Below, one piece after another: positions 44,005 to 54,660 of a DNA stretch of 64,000 nt; positions within the stretch are counted from its first letter, which is position 1; the number at the start of each line of letters is the position of its first letter. This DNA comes from Bryobacterales bacterium (GTDB taxonomy: Bacteria; Acidobacteriota; Terriglobia; Bryobacterales; UBA6623): assembly GCA_963422375.2 (NCBI GenBank), contig OY729428.2, positions 704,001 to 768,000 on the forward strand, in the 5' to 3' direction. The notes beneath the pieces were generated by a model. It had not been told where the DNA came from, did no database searches, and was given only the letters and a program-made list of their open reading frames with translations. A program made the position numbers and the translations under genes.

Positions 44005-45030
44005 TCAGCGACGCTTCAGGGTCGGGCGCTCATCCTCTTCCTCCTCGGTCGACTCCACGTCGATGTCGTCCGTCGGGATTGTGCCCCCGGCGCTGGTCCG
44101 GCGCAAGCGGGGCTTGTCCGGGTCGTCCGTGGTCTCCTTGCGCCGCAGCACCAGCTGCGACAGACGGTCCTTGACCTGCAGGAACTCGGAGGTGCTCACC
44201 ACGTACTCCGGCTTGCTCGGCAGGAGGGTATCAATGTTCTTCTGCGTCTTGCGTATGCGAGACCCGTGCGGGGGGTGACTCCGGAACAGCTTCGACATCG
44301 TGCCGGGCCGACGCTTCTCGTCCGCCAGCATCTTCTCGAAAAAGTCGATGAACGAGGTGGGGTCGTAGCCCGCCTTGTAGAGGTATTGCACTCCGAGAAA
44401 GTCGGCTTCCGACTCCATGCCGCGCGAGAACTTCAGGAATGTCATCGGGATCAGGAAGCTGGAGGCCTGGTAGATGCCGTAGCCCGTCCAGCCGCCGATG
44501 AACAGCAGTGGTATCGTGGCGATACTGATCAGCTGGCCCTTGGTCGCTTGGCGGGTGCCGTGGCGCGCCGCCACGTGCGCGATTTCGTGCGCCATCACGC
44601 CCGCGAGCTCGGATTCGCTCTCGGCGCGGAGCATCAGGCCGCTATTGACGAAGAAGAACCCGCCCGGCAGCGCGAAGGCGTTGACGTCCGCGCTGTCGAT
44701 CAGCTTGATCGTGAACGGCACCTTCGCGTCGGAGTTGCGAACGAGGTTCTGCCCGACACGGTTGACGTACTCGGCGATCACGGGATCGTCGATGATCTTG
44801 GAGTGCCGCTCCACGTCCTGGGCTAGGCGCTTGCCGAGAGCGATCTCCTTCTCGATAGAGTAGAAGTTCGGGCCCTTCGCGACCTCGCGCTCCCCGATGG
44901 CGTCGACGTCCTTCTTGGCCCCCCGTGACCTGCTCTGCTTGCCGCCGGAGTCCTCGGCGAACCCCGCGCAGGTCAGGGCCAAGGCCAGCACCCAAGGGAC
45001 AGAACTCCTCAGGCGAGACGCGAGTGTCAT
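44005..45030 (-). CDS. M48 family metallopeptidase (BepA/YfgC-like), secreted
   Basis: Signal peptide, VNAFALPGG, ELAGVMAHEIAHV, FSRGMESEAD, SHPP. Confidence 0.92.
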   Translation of the reverse strand: MTLASRLRSSVPWVLALALTCAGFAEDSGGKQSRSRGAKKDVDAIGEREVAKGPNFYSIEKEIALGKRLAQDVERHSKIIDDPVIAEYVNRVGQNLVRNSDAKVPFTIKLIDSADVNAFALPGGFFFVNSGLMLRAESESELAGVMAHEIAHVAARHGTRQATKGQLISIATIPLLFIGGWTGYGIYQASSFLIPMTFLKFSRGMESEADFLGVQYLYKAGYDPTSFIDFFEKMLADEKRRPGTMSKLFRSHPPHGSRIRKTQKNIDTLLPSKPEYVVSTSEFLQVKDRLSQLVLRRKETTDDPDKPRLRRTSAGGTIPTDDIDVESTEEEEDERPTLKRR

Positions 45031-45101
45031 TCCTTGCCTCCCTGCCGCACGCGTCCAGCCGTTCGCGCGGGCATGCTTAGTATAAGCCCACGGATTGACG
45101 G

Positions 45102-46307
45102 ATGCAGCGAACGGACACCGAATCGCCACGCGGGCGAGGCGCCGACACGCTCCGGCCGGACATTCCCGGACCGGGCCGGGACGACCCGGCAAGCGCGCCG
45201 TCGGCCCGGGAGATCTTCCCGGTCACCCGCGAGTACGCCTACTTCAACCACGCGGCGATCGCCCCGCTGCCGCGACCGACGGCCGACGCCATGCAGGCCC
45301 AGGTCGACGACGCCATGCGCCTGGGCGTCCATGCATTCGCCCGCTGGGAGGAGAACTGCGCCGAGCTCCGCCGTGCCTCGGCAACGATGCTGGGCTGCCA
45401 GGCCAACGAGATCGCCATCACCAAGAACACCTCGGAGGGCCTCTGCGCCGTCGCCAACGGGCTCGACTGGCGGACTGGCGACGTCGTGGTCGGGCTGGCC
45501 AGCGACTTCCCGGCCAACTACGTTCCATGGCGGGCGCTGCAATCCCGCAGGGGCGTGCAGTTCCGCGGCCTGCGGATGCGCGAAGGAGCGCTGGATCTCG
45601 AGGATCTAGACCAAGCATGCAAGGGCGCGCGGCTGGCCGCCCTGAGCTACGTCCACTTCCTCACTGGATTCCGCTGGGACTTGAAGGCGGCCGGCGAGAT
45701 CTGCGAGCGCCGGGGGTGCGCCCTAGTCGTGGACGCAGTCCAAGGCATGGGGCCGTTTCCCGTGGACGTGAAGGCCTGCGGGATTCACGCGCTGTCCGCC
45801 TCGGGGCACAAGTGGCTACTCGGGCCCGAGGGCTGCGCCCTCTTCTACATCGACCGGGACTGGATGCCGCTGGTGGAGCCGACGGAGATGGGCTGGGCCA
45901 GCTTGGACGGCTTCGAGCGATATCGCTCCGACGGCGGGCTGCACGCCAGCGCACGGCGCTTCGAGTGCGGCACGCTGAACTCGGCCGGCTGCGCCGGCCT
46001 GCGCGCGTCGGTCGACCTGCTGAACGGGATCGGGCCAAGGGCCGCGTCGACCGCGATCCACGCTCTGGCCGAAAGGCTGCTGGACGGCGCCCGAGGGAAG
46101 GGGTACGAGCCTGCCGCCGCCAGAAGCCGAGCGAACGGCTCCGGGATCGTGTCGCTGCGCAAGCAAGGGGTGGACCCGCCGGACACGGTCGCCATGCTGC
46201 TGGACAGGCGCGTCTCCGTGGCCGAGCGACTGGGTTGGATCCGCGCGGCGCCGCATTTCTACAACACGAGCGGCGAGGTGGACCGGCTGGTCGAGCTGCT
46301 GCCCTGA
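45102..46307 (+). CDS. Aminotransferase class V PLP-dependent enzyme
   Basis: [47 protein letters not shown]. Confidence 0.88.
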   Translation: MQRTDTESPRGRGADTLRPDIPGPGRDDPASAPSAREIFPVTREYAYFNHAAIAPLPRPTADAMQAQVDDAMRLGVHAFARWEENCAELRRASATMLGCQANEIAITKNTSEGLCAVANGLDWRTGDVVVGLASDFPANYVPWRALQSRRGVQFRGLRMREGALDLEDLDQACKGARLAALSYVHFLTGFRWDLKAAGEICERRGCALVVDAVQGMGPFPVDVKACGIHALSASGHKWLLGPEGCALFYIDRDWMPLVEPTEMGWASLDGFERYRSDGGLHASARRFECGTLNSAGCAGLRASVDLLNGIGPRAASTAIHALAERLLDGARGKGYEPAAARSRANGSGIVSLRKQGVDPPDTVAMLLDRRVSVAERLGWIRAAPHFYNTSGEVDRLVELLP

Positions 46308-46353
46308 CCTAGCGGGTCTTGGCTGGCAGCAGCAGGTTTACCGTGCTACAGGC

Positions 46354-47867
46354 ATGAAAGCTGCAGCCGCCCTCCTGCTCGCGCTCGCGGCCGCCGCGTC
46401 GGCGCAGACCGCGACTTACAACGAAGCCTACCGTCCGCAGTTCCACTTCACGCCCGCAATCAACTGGACGAACGACCCGAACGGCCTCGTCTACCACGAG
46501 GGCGAGTGGCACCTCTTCTATCAGCACAACCCGTTCGGCAGCCAGTGGGGCCACATGAGCTGGGGTCACGCGGTCAGCCGCGACCTGTTCCGCTGGAAAC
46601 ATCTCCCGGTCGCCATTCCAGAGGACGGGCCCGTCATGGCGTTTTCCGGCAGCGCTGTGTGGTGGACCGGCTCAACACCACGGGATTCGGCCGGGACGGC
46701 AACGCGCACATCGTCGCGATCTACACCAGCCGGACGGAGAGCGACCAGACCCAGTCGATCGCCTACAGCAACGACGGCGGACGGACCTGGACGCCCTACG
46801 AAGGCAACCCAGTGCTCGACGCGGAAGACCCGGCATTCCGCGACCCGAAGGTTTTCTGGCACGGGCCGACGGGACGCTGGATCATGGCCGTGGTGCTAGC
46901 CGACCAGCACAGGGTCAGCCTCTACGGGTCGCGCGACCTCAAGTCCTGGGAGCACCTCAGCGACTTCGGCCCCGAGGGCGCGCACCCGGTACGGAACTGG
47001 GAGTGCCCGGATCTGTTCGAGCTGCCGGTCGAGGGCGAGCCGGGCACGAAGAAATGGATCCTCCAGGTCGACTCGGGCATGGGCCACCCCTGGCTCGGGT
47101 CCGGCTGCCAGTACTTCGTGGGCGAACTCGACGGCATTCGGTTCAGCAATGACAACCCCCCGGAGACGGCCCTCTGGCTGGACTGGGGGCGCGACTTCTA
47201 CGCCGCCCAGACCTACGCCGGCGTGCCGGCGGCCGGCGGATCGCGATCGGATGGATCAGCAACTGGATGTACGCCAGGCGGATCCCGACCTCCCCCCTGG
47301 CGCGGAGCCCAATCCGCCCCCCGCGAGCTGCGCCTGAAGCGGTTTCCGGAGGGACTGCGGCTGGTGCAGGAGCCGGTTCGGGAGATCGAGTCCCTGCGCC
47401 AGACCGCGCTGAGGCTCGGCGACGTCGGGATCGAGGAAGCCAACAGCCTCATCGCGGCGGCCGGATGGGCCGGCGACACCATGGACCTACGGGCCGAGCT
47501 TGACGTCGGCGGCGCCAAGGAAGTGGGCTTCCGCGTCCTGCAGGGCGCGGGCGGGGATACGCTCGTCGGGTTCGGCGCCTCGCCCGCGGAGGTGTTCGTC
47601 GATCGCTCGCGATCCGGCGAGGTGGGATTCCACGAGACCTTCCCCGGCAGGCACTCGGCTCGGTTCCGGGCATCCGGCGGCCGCGTCGTCCTGCGCATCC
47701 TCGTGGACCGCTCGGTGGTGGAGGTCTTCGCCGGCGGCGGAAGGGTGGCGATCACGGACCGCGTCTTTCCCAGCCCATCAAGTACCGGGATGTCGCTTTA
47801 CGCAGTAGGCGGCTCGGCCCGGGTAGTCAGCTTGGTAGCTTGGAAGCTGCGCTCGGCATGGCGCTGA
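46354..47867 (+). pseudogene. GH32 fructan beta-fructosidase/levanase with three apparent frameshifts
   Basis: Signal peptide, [56 protein letters not shown]; breaks near 46660, 47228 and 47295. Confidence 0.87.
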
Positions 47868-47990
47868 CAGCGGGCCTGAGGGACTGGTGCAAAGCGCCGA
47901 GCGACCCGTCGCACGGGCAGTGCTGGCCGGGACCCGGCGGAACTGGGCCATGGTAACCTAGCGAATCAGCCGGCACGGCGCTCCGGCGGC

Positions 47991-49472
47991 TTGATGCTTC
48001 TGGAGCTTTCATCGGTTCGCAAGAGCTTCGGGGGCGTGCGTGCCCTGCGCAAGGGCTACCTCCGGGTCCAAGCCGGGCAGGTTCACGCGCTCGTCGGCGA
48101 GAACGGCGCCGGTAAGTCGACTCTCGTCAAGATCGTGGCGGGTCTCCTGCGACGGGAGGGCGGTGAGATGCGCTGGAAGGGCCGCAGCGTCGACTTCGGC
48201 CGTCCGGCCGAGGCGCACGCCCTAGGGATTCGCATGGTGCATCAGGAGTCCCTGCTCGCGCCGCACCTGACCGTCGCGGAGAACGTGTTCCTAGGCCGGG
48301 AGATGTGGACGGGCCCGCGCTTGGACCGCTCGGGCATGGACCGCCGGACCGGAGAGATTCTCAAGGCGCATCGCTTCCGCCTGCGCGCCTCGAGGAGGGT
48401 GGAGCGCCTGCGGCCGGCCCAGAAGCAGATCGTCGAGATCTGCCGGGCGCTCAACGGGGATCCTTCGCTGCTGATTCTCGACGAGCCGACCTCGTCCCTG
48501 TCCGAAGCGGAGACCGCCGAGGTCCTGAGCACGGTCAAGAACCTCAAGCGGGAGGGCATCGGCATCGTCTACATCACGCACAAGCTGGTCGAGATGATGG
48601 GTGTGGCGGACCAGATCACCGTCCTGCGGGACGGGGAGACCGTGCGCAGCTGCCCCGCGAGCGAGACCTCGATCAGCGAGATCGTGCGCCACATGGTCGG
48701 GCGCAACGTCAGTTCGATCTACGTGCGTCCGAAGCTGAGCCCCGGCGTGGAACGCCTCAGGGTGGAACTCCCCGGGGCCAGCTTCAGCGTGCGGGCGGGC
48801 GAGATCGTCGGCATGGCCGGCTTGGTCGGGGCCGGGCGCACTGAAGTGTGCGAGACCGTGTTCGGCGTCACCCCGGGGCCGCCGGGGTCGGTTTTCGTCA
48901 ACGGCCGGCCGCAAAACATCCGGTCGCCGCACGACGCCGTGCGAGCGGGCATCGCGCTGGTCTCGGAAGACCGCCAGAAGACGGGCCTCGCCTCGAGACT
49001 GTCCATACGGACGAACCTCACCTTGGCCAATCTCGACGCGGTGTGCGCGGCCGGGTTCGTCCAGACCGACCGGGAGAGGGGGGTAGCCGAGGACTACCGC
49101 CACCGCCTGAAGATGCAGGCCGCCAACGTCGAGCAGAGCGCCCGCCAGCTCAGCGGCGGGAACCAGCAGAAGGTCGTGATCGCGAAATGGCTGTTCCGCG
49201 ATTCCGACGTGGTGATCTTCGACGAGCCGACCCGCGGCATCGACGTCGGCGCCAAGGCCGAGGTGTTCGCCCTGATGGACGAGATGGCCAAGGCCGGCAA
49301 GGCCGTGCTCATGGTCAGTTCCGAGATGCCGGAGCTGCTGCAGGTGGCGGACCGGATCCTAGTCATGCGGGAAGGCGAGATCGTGGCCGAGCTGCCGCGC
49401 GAGACCACGCAGCAGGAGATCTTGCGCCACGCGGCCATTGGCTTGGGCACGGAGGAAGCGAACGATGCGTAA
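47991..49472 (+). CDS. Sugar ABC transporter ATP-binding protein (RbsA-like)
   Basis: GENGAGKST, LDEPTSSL, LSGGNQQKV, DEPTRGIDVGAK. Confidence 0.94.
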   Translation: MMLLELSSVRKSFGGVRALRKGYLRVQAGQVHALVGENGAGKSTLVKIVAGLLRREGGEMRWKGRSVDFGRPAEAHALGIRMVHQESLLAPHLTVAENVFLGREMWTGPRLDRSGMDRRTGEILKAHRFRLRASRRVERLRPAQKQIVEICRALNGDPSLLILDEPTSSLSEAETAEVLSTVKNLKREGIGIVYITHKLVEMMGVADQITVLRDGETVRSCPASETSISEIVRHMVGRNVSSIYVRPKLSPGVERLRVELPGASFSVRAGEIVGMAGLVGAGRTEVCETVFGVTPGPPGSVFVNGRPQNIRSPHDAVRAGIALVSEDRQKTGLASRLSIRTNLTLANLDAVCAAGFVQTDRERGVAEDYRHRLKMQAANVEQSARQLSGGNQQKVVIAKWLFRDSDVVIFDEPTRGIDVGAKAEVFALMDEMAKAGKAVLMVSSEMPELLQVADRILVMREGEIVAELPRETTQQEILRHAAIGLGTEEANDA

Positions 49473-50406
49473 GTGGTCCCGATTGTTGCAGCGCTTCCTG
49501 CCCTTCGTCAGCCTGTTCGCCCTGTTCGTGGTGCTCTCGATCGCCTCGCCGTACTTCCTGACCGCGACGAACCTCTCGAGCGTAATCCGGCAGACGGCGG
49601 TGATCAACACGATGGCGCTGGGCATGACCTTGGTGATCGTCGCAGGCGGAATCGACCTGTCGGTCGGCTCGATCCTGGCTTTCGCAGGGGTCGTCGGCAC
49701 CATGACGATGCTGGATACCGGGTCGGTGGTGCTCGGCATCGGGGTCGGCATCGTCTGCGGCACTCTCTGGGGCTGCGCGAACGGGCTGATGATCTCGATC
49801 CTGCGCATCCCGCCGTTCATCGTGACGCTCGGGACATTGGGGATCGTCCGGGGCCTGACGCTGGTGGTGTCCGGCGGCCTGCCCGTCGTCGGCCTGCCGA
49901 GGGAGCACGGCTTCCTAGGCGAGGGCTCGGTCGGGCCCGTGCCGTTCGTGCTGGTCGTGCTGGCTGGCTGCGCCGTCGTCATGCACTTCCTGCTCCATTC
50001 GACGAAGCTGGGCCGCTACACCTACGCCATCGGCAGCAACGAAGCGGCTGCGGTCTATGCCGGGATCCCGGTCGGCCGGTACAAGGTGGCGATCTACGCC
50101 CTGTGCGGCCTGCTTACCGGGCTGGCGGGCATGATCGAGACATCCCGGCTGATGACGGGCCAGCCGACCGCCGGCGTGTCCTACGAGCTGCAGGTGATCG
50201 CAGCCGTCGTAATCGGGGGAGGCAGCCTGTCCGGGGGCGAGGGAACCGTGATCGGCACTCTGATCGGGGCCTTCATCATGGGCCTGCTGTCCAATGGCAG
50301 CGACTTGCTGGGAGTGAATCCGTACTGGCAGCAGGTGATTATCGGGGGGATCATAATTCTCGCTGTGGCTCTCGACGAGGCGCGCAAGCGGCGCTACGCC
50401 ACTTGA
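49465..50406 (+). CDS. Sugar ABC transporter permease (RbsC-like)
   Basis: GGIDLSVGS, IPPFIVTLG, GRYTYAIGSN, YELQVIAAVVIGGGSLSGG. Confidence 0.94.
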   Translation: MRKWSRLLQRFLPFVSLFALFVVLSIASPYFLTATNLSSVIRQTAVINTMALGMTLVIVAGGIDLSVGSILAFAGVVGTMTMLDTGSVVLGIGVGIVCGTLWGCANGLMISILRIPPFIVTLGTLGIVRGLTLVVSGGLPVVGLPREHGFLGEGSVGPVPFVLVVLAGCAVVMHFLLHSTKLGRYTYAIGSNEAAAVYAGIPVGRYKVAIYALCGLLTGLAGMIETSRLMTGQPTAGVSYELQVIAAVVIGGGSLSGGEGTVIGTLIGAFIMGLLSNGSDLLGVNPYWQQVIIGGIIILAVALDEARKRRYAT

Positions 50407-50515
50407 GGAGCCTGATCCGAGGGCTTGGCCGGGCCGTCGAAGCACCTCCGGTGACGGAAGGGCGAGCGCCTCAGCCCCCTTACCGGGAGAGGGGGGCATC
50501 CAGCCGCTCGCCGCC

Positions 50516-52096
50516 CAGCGATTCTAAATTTGGCCATCAAGGGGGTGCGTGAACGTTGACTATGAGGATGAGATGAACCACTTGACCGAGAGGTCGCGCT
50601 AATCAGGCCGCCCCGCGGGAGCGTCGGACGGCTGGCAGGGCTGTGGCGCGGCCGCCGCAGCGGGTCGGCCGAGTGCCGAGCCCGCGGCCGGACGCACCCC
50701 GGCGGTAGCCGGCTGCCACGGTCCGCCGCTCGCCGGGCGCTGCCGGCACGATGCTGCGCGGAGTCCAAGCCCCGGCCGGGGTCGGCCGGCTGCCCGGCGG
50801 CGCGCGTCCGTCTCGCACCGCCACCAGCAGAGTCGGCCAGTCGGGGAAGCGGAGCCAATGCAGCGCGGCCTCCAGCTGCCGGAACAAGCCGCGGCGCGTG
50901 ACCAGCTTGCGCCGGCACTGCTGCCACAGCGCGCAGACGCACTCCAGCACGGCATGGAGCGCGAAGGCGAACAGGTTCAGCACGGCCGGCACGTTGGCCA
51001 GCGCGTCCTTGCCCTGCCCGAAGTTGCGCTTGAAGTTGCGGCCGTGCCGCGCCAGGCAGTTGAAGCCCTCGTTCTCGATCTTCCAGCGCGCCCGCCCGGC
51101 CCGTGCGATCCGCTCCGCGCTGTCCGCGGTGACCTCCAGACTGGTGAAAAAGCAGCTGGCGTAGGTGCGCTTGCCGCCGCGCTCGACGGCGTACTCGATC
51201 CAAGTGCCCTGCAGGGCGTCGCGGCCCTTGCGCAGGGGCACGGCGTCCGCCCAGCGGAAGCGGTGCCGCTCGGACCGCTTGCTCTTCCCGGGCCGCGGCA
51301 GCCAGCCGGTCGATCGCACTGCGCCGCTCGCCCGCACCTCGTACAAGCGCTTGCGGGAGCCGGGCTTGCATACCCGGATGTAGTCCATGCCGGCGGCCGA
51401 GGCGGCCTCGCAAACCGGCTGGCAGCAGTACGGGTCGTGGCCCGGCAGGACGTGGCGGCAGGCCTGCAACCAGGCGCCGTGAGCGGCGAGCCAGCGCTTG
51501 GCGGCGTTGCGCTCGCAGTCCCGCTTGCGCCCGTCCTCGCTCATGTCGGCGCGGGTCGCAGCCGCGTCCTGCTGCGGGCGCAGCGTGGCCGTCGGCCACC
51601 GCGGTGGCCGCGACCATGGTGTGGAAGTACTGCGGTCGTCGCTCGCTGCCGACGTGCCGCACCGAGCACTGCGGGCAATGCATCGTGTCGGAGCGGTGGA
51701 ACCGGACGCCTTCCAGCACCACCGGCAGGCGCCCGTCGAGACGCTGGAAGGGCTCGAGCGCGCCCTGCGCGGCCACGGTTTCGAGGCACGGCCGGAACAG
51801 CGGGTCGAACGCGGCCGGGTCGAGGCGGTCAAGCAAGTTGCGGATCCTGAAGAAGCAGGCCGGGGCGCAACCGGCGGCGTCGCTGACCTCGTAGCGCGTG
51901 TTGCTACCCTTGCGCCGGTCAGGCGGCCGGCGGCCGTCTCCCGGAAGGCGCTCAGCAGCGAGTCCAGGACATGGGGCATACACCCGAGCTCACAAATTCC
52001 GCTAGGAAAAGTCAAGTGCCTGTCTGCGCCAGACTGGCTTCGACACCCTTCTCAGACACTCTGGAAACCCCAAAATGCCCAAATCTAGAATCGCTG
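50516..52096 (-). mobile_element. IS element copy 2 (same ISNCY-type family as 13769-15405), inverted, degraded
   Basis: TIRs CAGCGATTCTAAATTTGGC (50516) and CCCAAATCTAGAATCGCTG (ending 52096); transposase from ATG 51979 with frameshifts and deletions relative to copy 1. Confidence 0.85.
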
Positions 52097-52862
52097 AGGT
52101 CGGCTTGCACGATGCACCTCAAACCCGACCGGTCCAGACTCAGACTTCCACGCGTCGTCACACTCTGGTCTGTCGCGAAGTCGCAGCTGCGACGGCTAGG
52201 CCCGGGCTGGACGGCCCGAGGCTGTCCCGCCCGGATACATACAGCACCCTGCCATCCCGCTTGCGCTAGCACGGAGGTGACAGTTTCGCAACTGCTGCGG
52301 ACAAGGGATTCCTGGGCAGAACAATCCGGACGGTCGGGCTTCCGTGGGGCCGGGGCCGATTCGGCGGACTTGCGCCGCCCACGGCCGGAGCCAAGCGATC
52401 CCGGTGCCACCGATAGGACCCCTGTGTCGTCTTCGAAGCGGCGACACGCACTTCTGACGGCCGAAGTAGCGCCGGGATATCCAACTCGCTGCGAAATAGT
52501 GGCGTTCCGGCGTATGCAGTGCCCTCAACTTCGGGAGCTCTGCGTCCTACGGCGAGCGGCACTGCTTGGGCTGGTCTCGCGGACGCTGCTAGACGAGCTT
52601 GGCGCGGCATTCAACTTGACTGTCAATTCCAATAGTTGCGGCCTTCTGCTACGCTCGGAATAAAGTCAGCGCCGGTCGCAGCGGAGGCTTCGGCGACTCT
52701 ACCGCTACCGTGGCTCATGCGGCTAGGGCGGAATGAGACCGGCCGTGGTGTCGAGGTTGATCTTCGTGGCTCCTAACTGTACGTGCAGCCAGCGGCATCC
52801 CGACCACGCAGACCGAGTCTCCGTTGCTGTCCCGCGACGAAGCGCGCTCGGAGATTGATGCG

Positions 52863-53078
52863 ATGGCACACGAGTTCACTGCGATATTCGAGAAGGCCGA
52901 GGGCTGGCACATTGCCTATTGCCCCGAGATTCCTGGAGCTCACGGCCAGGGCAGGACCAAATCCGAGGCGCGCAGGAGCCTCGTCGAAGCGATTGCTCTG
53001 ATTCTTGAGGACCGTCGCGAGGACGGCCTCCGCGGTGTGCCTCCGGAAGCTGACCGAGAAACCATTACCGTGCCGTGA
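52863..53078 (+). CDS. hicB: HicB family antitoxin (short form)
   Basis: MAHEFTAIFEKAEGWHIAYCPEIPGAHGQGRTKSEARRSLVEAIALIL. Confidence 0.88.
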   Translation: MAHEFTAIFEKAEGWHIAYCPEIPGAHGQGRTKSEARRSLVEAIALILEDRREDGLRGVPPEADRETITVP

Positions 53079-54316
53079 AGCGAAGCAGCCTGCTCCGGCA
53101 CCTCCGATCATTCGACTGCTATCTCAAGCGCGAGGGTCGCGCTCATTCATTGTGGTGCAGCTCGACCACAGGGAAAATGGCCGCCGTCCCTAGACATAGC
53201 GAGACCTGATTACCCACAAGACTCAGCCAAGGTTAGGAGGCGGTACGGCATGGGCGGGGTGCGCACGGAGGCGTGGAGCAGGCGGGGGACCAGCGCCTCC
53301 AGGTCGTAGCGGCGGTTGAAGCGGTAGCGGAACTCGGCGAGGTAGCGCGGCAGGTGCTTGCCGTCGAACGAATGGCAGGTTCCCGCCAGGGACTGCTTGA
53401 CGTTCCCCAGCATCGTGTTGACCCGGACGAAGCGGGAATCCGCGCAGCTCCGCTGCCCGCCTCCGGTGACGGTCGGCACGTGCTCGCAGCCGGCGCCGGC
53501 CACGCCCCGGAAGCAGGCCGGGCCGTCGGAATGCACCTCCGTGCCGGGCTGCAGGTGCCGCCCGGCCCACGCTGCCAGCGTCTTCTTGCGCAAGCCCGCC
53601 CCGCTGCTCAGGCGCATCCTTGCCGGCTGGCCGGCGGCGGTGACCTGCACGGCGGCGACGAACGGCGTCTTGCCCGCCGCGCCGCGACCGCGCTTGCCGC
53701 CGCTCCGCTCCCCGCCCCGGTAGGCGTCGTCCACCTGCACGATGCCGCCCGGCGGCACGCGCTCGTCGCGCTCCTTCAGCACTGGCAGGAGCTTGTGCTT
53801 CACCTTCCAGGCCGTGTTCCGGCTCACGCCCAGCTGCCGCGCCAGTTCCAGCGACGAAACGCCGTGCTGGCCCTGCGTCAGCAGGTGGATCGCCAGCAAC
53901 CGGACGGTCAGCGGCAGCTGGGTGGCGGCCAAGATCGTGCCGGCGACGAGGGAGCTCTGGCGGTGGCAGGCGTTGCACTGCCGGAGCTTGCGGGAGCGGA
54001 TGCGGCAGTGCCGGCGGGAGCCGCACTCCGGGCAGCGGAAGCCGTCCGGCCAGCGGGCGTTGAAGACGGCCTGCTCGCATGGCCCCTCGCTGCCGTAGCG
54101 CTGCAGGAACTTGCCCGGGCTGAGTCCCTTCTGGAATTGCACGCGATTGCGTTTCATCAGCTATCCCCTTTCCTGTCAGAGATTTCCGACCTCCTTCAGT
54201 ATAGCATATCCTCGGCTGACGTTCGTTGGTAATCAGGTAGCGAGATGCCTGAGCCAATGGCCCGCTCGATCTGCAAGAGGCTCTCGATCCCAGAGGTCGG
54301 GAAACAGTCGATCTGA
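53075..54316 (+). pseudogene. hicA: HicA family toxin split by an IS1595 insertion
   Basis: 5' part VKRSSLLRHLRSFDCYLKREGRAHSLW...AVPRHSE (53075-53204); 3' part MPEPMARSICKRLSIPEVGKQSI* (54245-54316); GTGA overlap with hicB. Confidence 0.87.
53205..54237 (-). mobile_element. IS1595 family element with open transposase ORF (53210-54157)
   Basis: TIRs CCTGATTACC...TCAGCC at both ends; 8-bp target duplication TAGCGAGA (53197-53204, 54238-54245); CPECG..CNAC, VQVDDAY, HSDG, YLAEF.YRFNRR. Confidence 0.93.
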
Positions 54317-54660
54317 CCGTCGGCCCATGGGTGCCGAACGGCGTGGGGCGACTTTGGGATTGGCTCCCTCTTGGAGGTGAATCTTGCTCTGGCATGTCGA
54401 ATCCGGCGCTCGTCGCGCCACTCGTCAACGCGGTCTGACGCGTATTTAGCCGACTTCGCCCGCAAGGTCAGACTGGAACGGGAGAGCGGCTGCTTGTCCG
54501 GCATTCGTTCTCAAGACACTCCAGTCGCAGGCCGGTGCGCGGCCCGCGAAGATCCAGCATGCGCGCTAGGCCCGGAATCGTGGAATGGTTCAACCTCATC
54601 CCTGCGTCTCCAGCAAGGACCGGGAAACCTAGGTCTATGAACACCCAACGGGTGCGCTAG

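Noticed and set aside
45102..46307. Selenocysteine lyase or cysteine desulfurase serving the selenoprotein
   Set aside because: No catalytic Cys loop (GHHC or GSAC) in the C-terminal domain; only the class V fold is supported.
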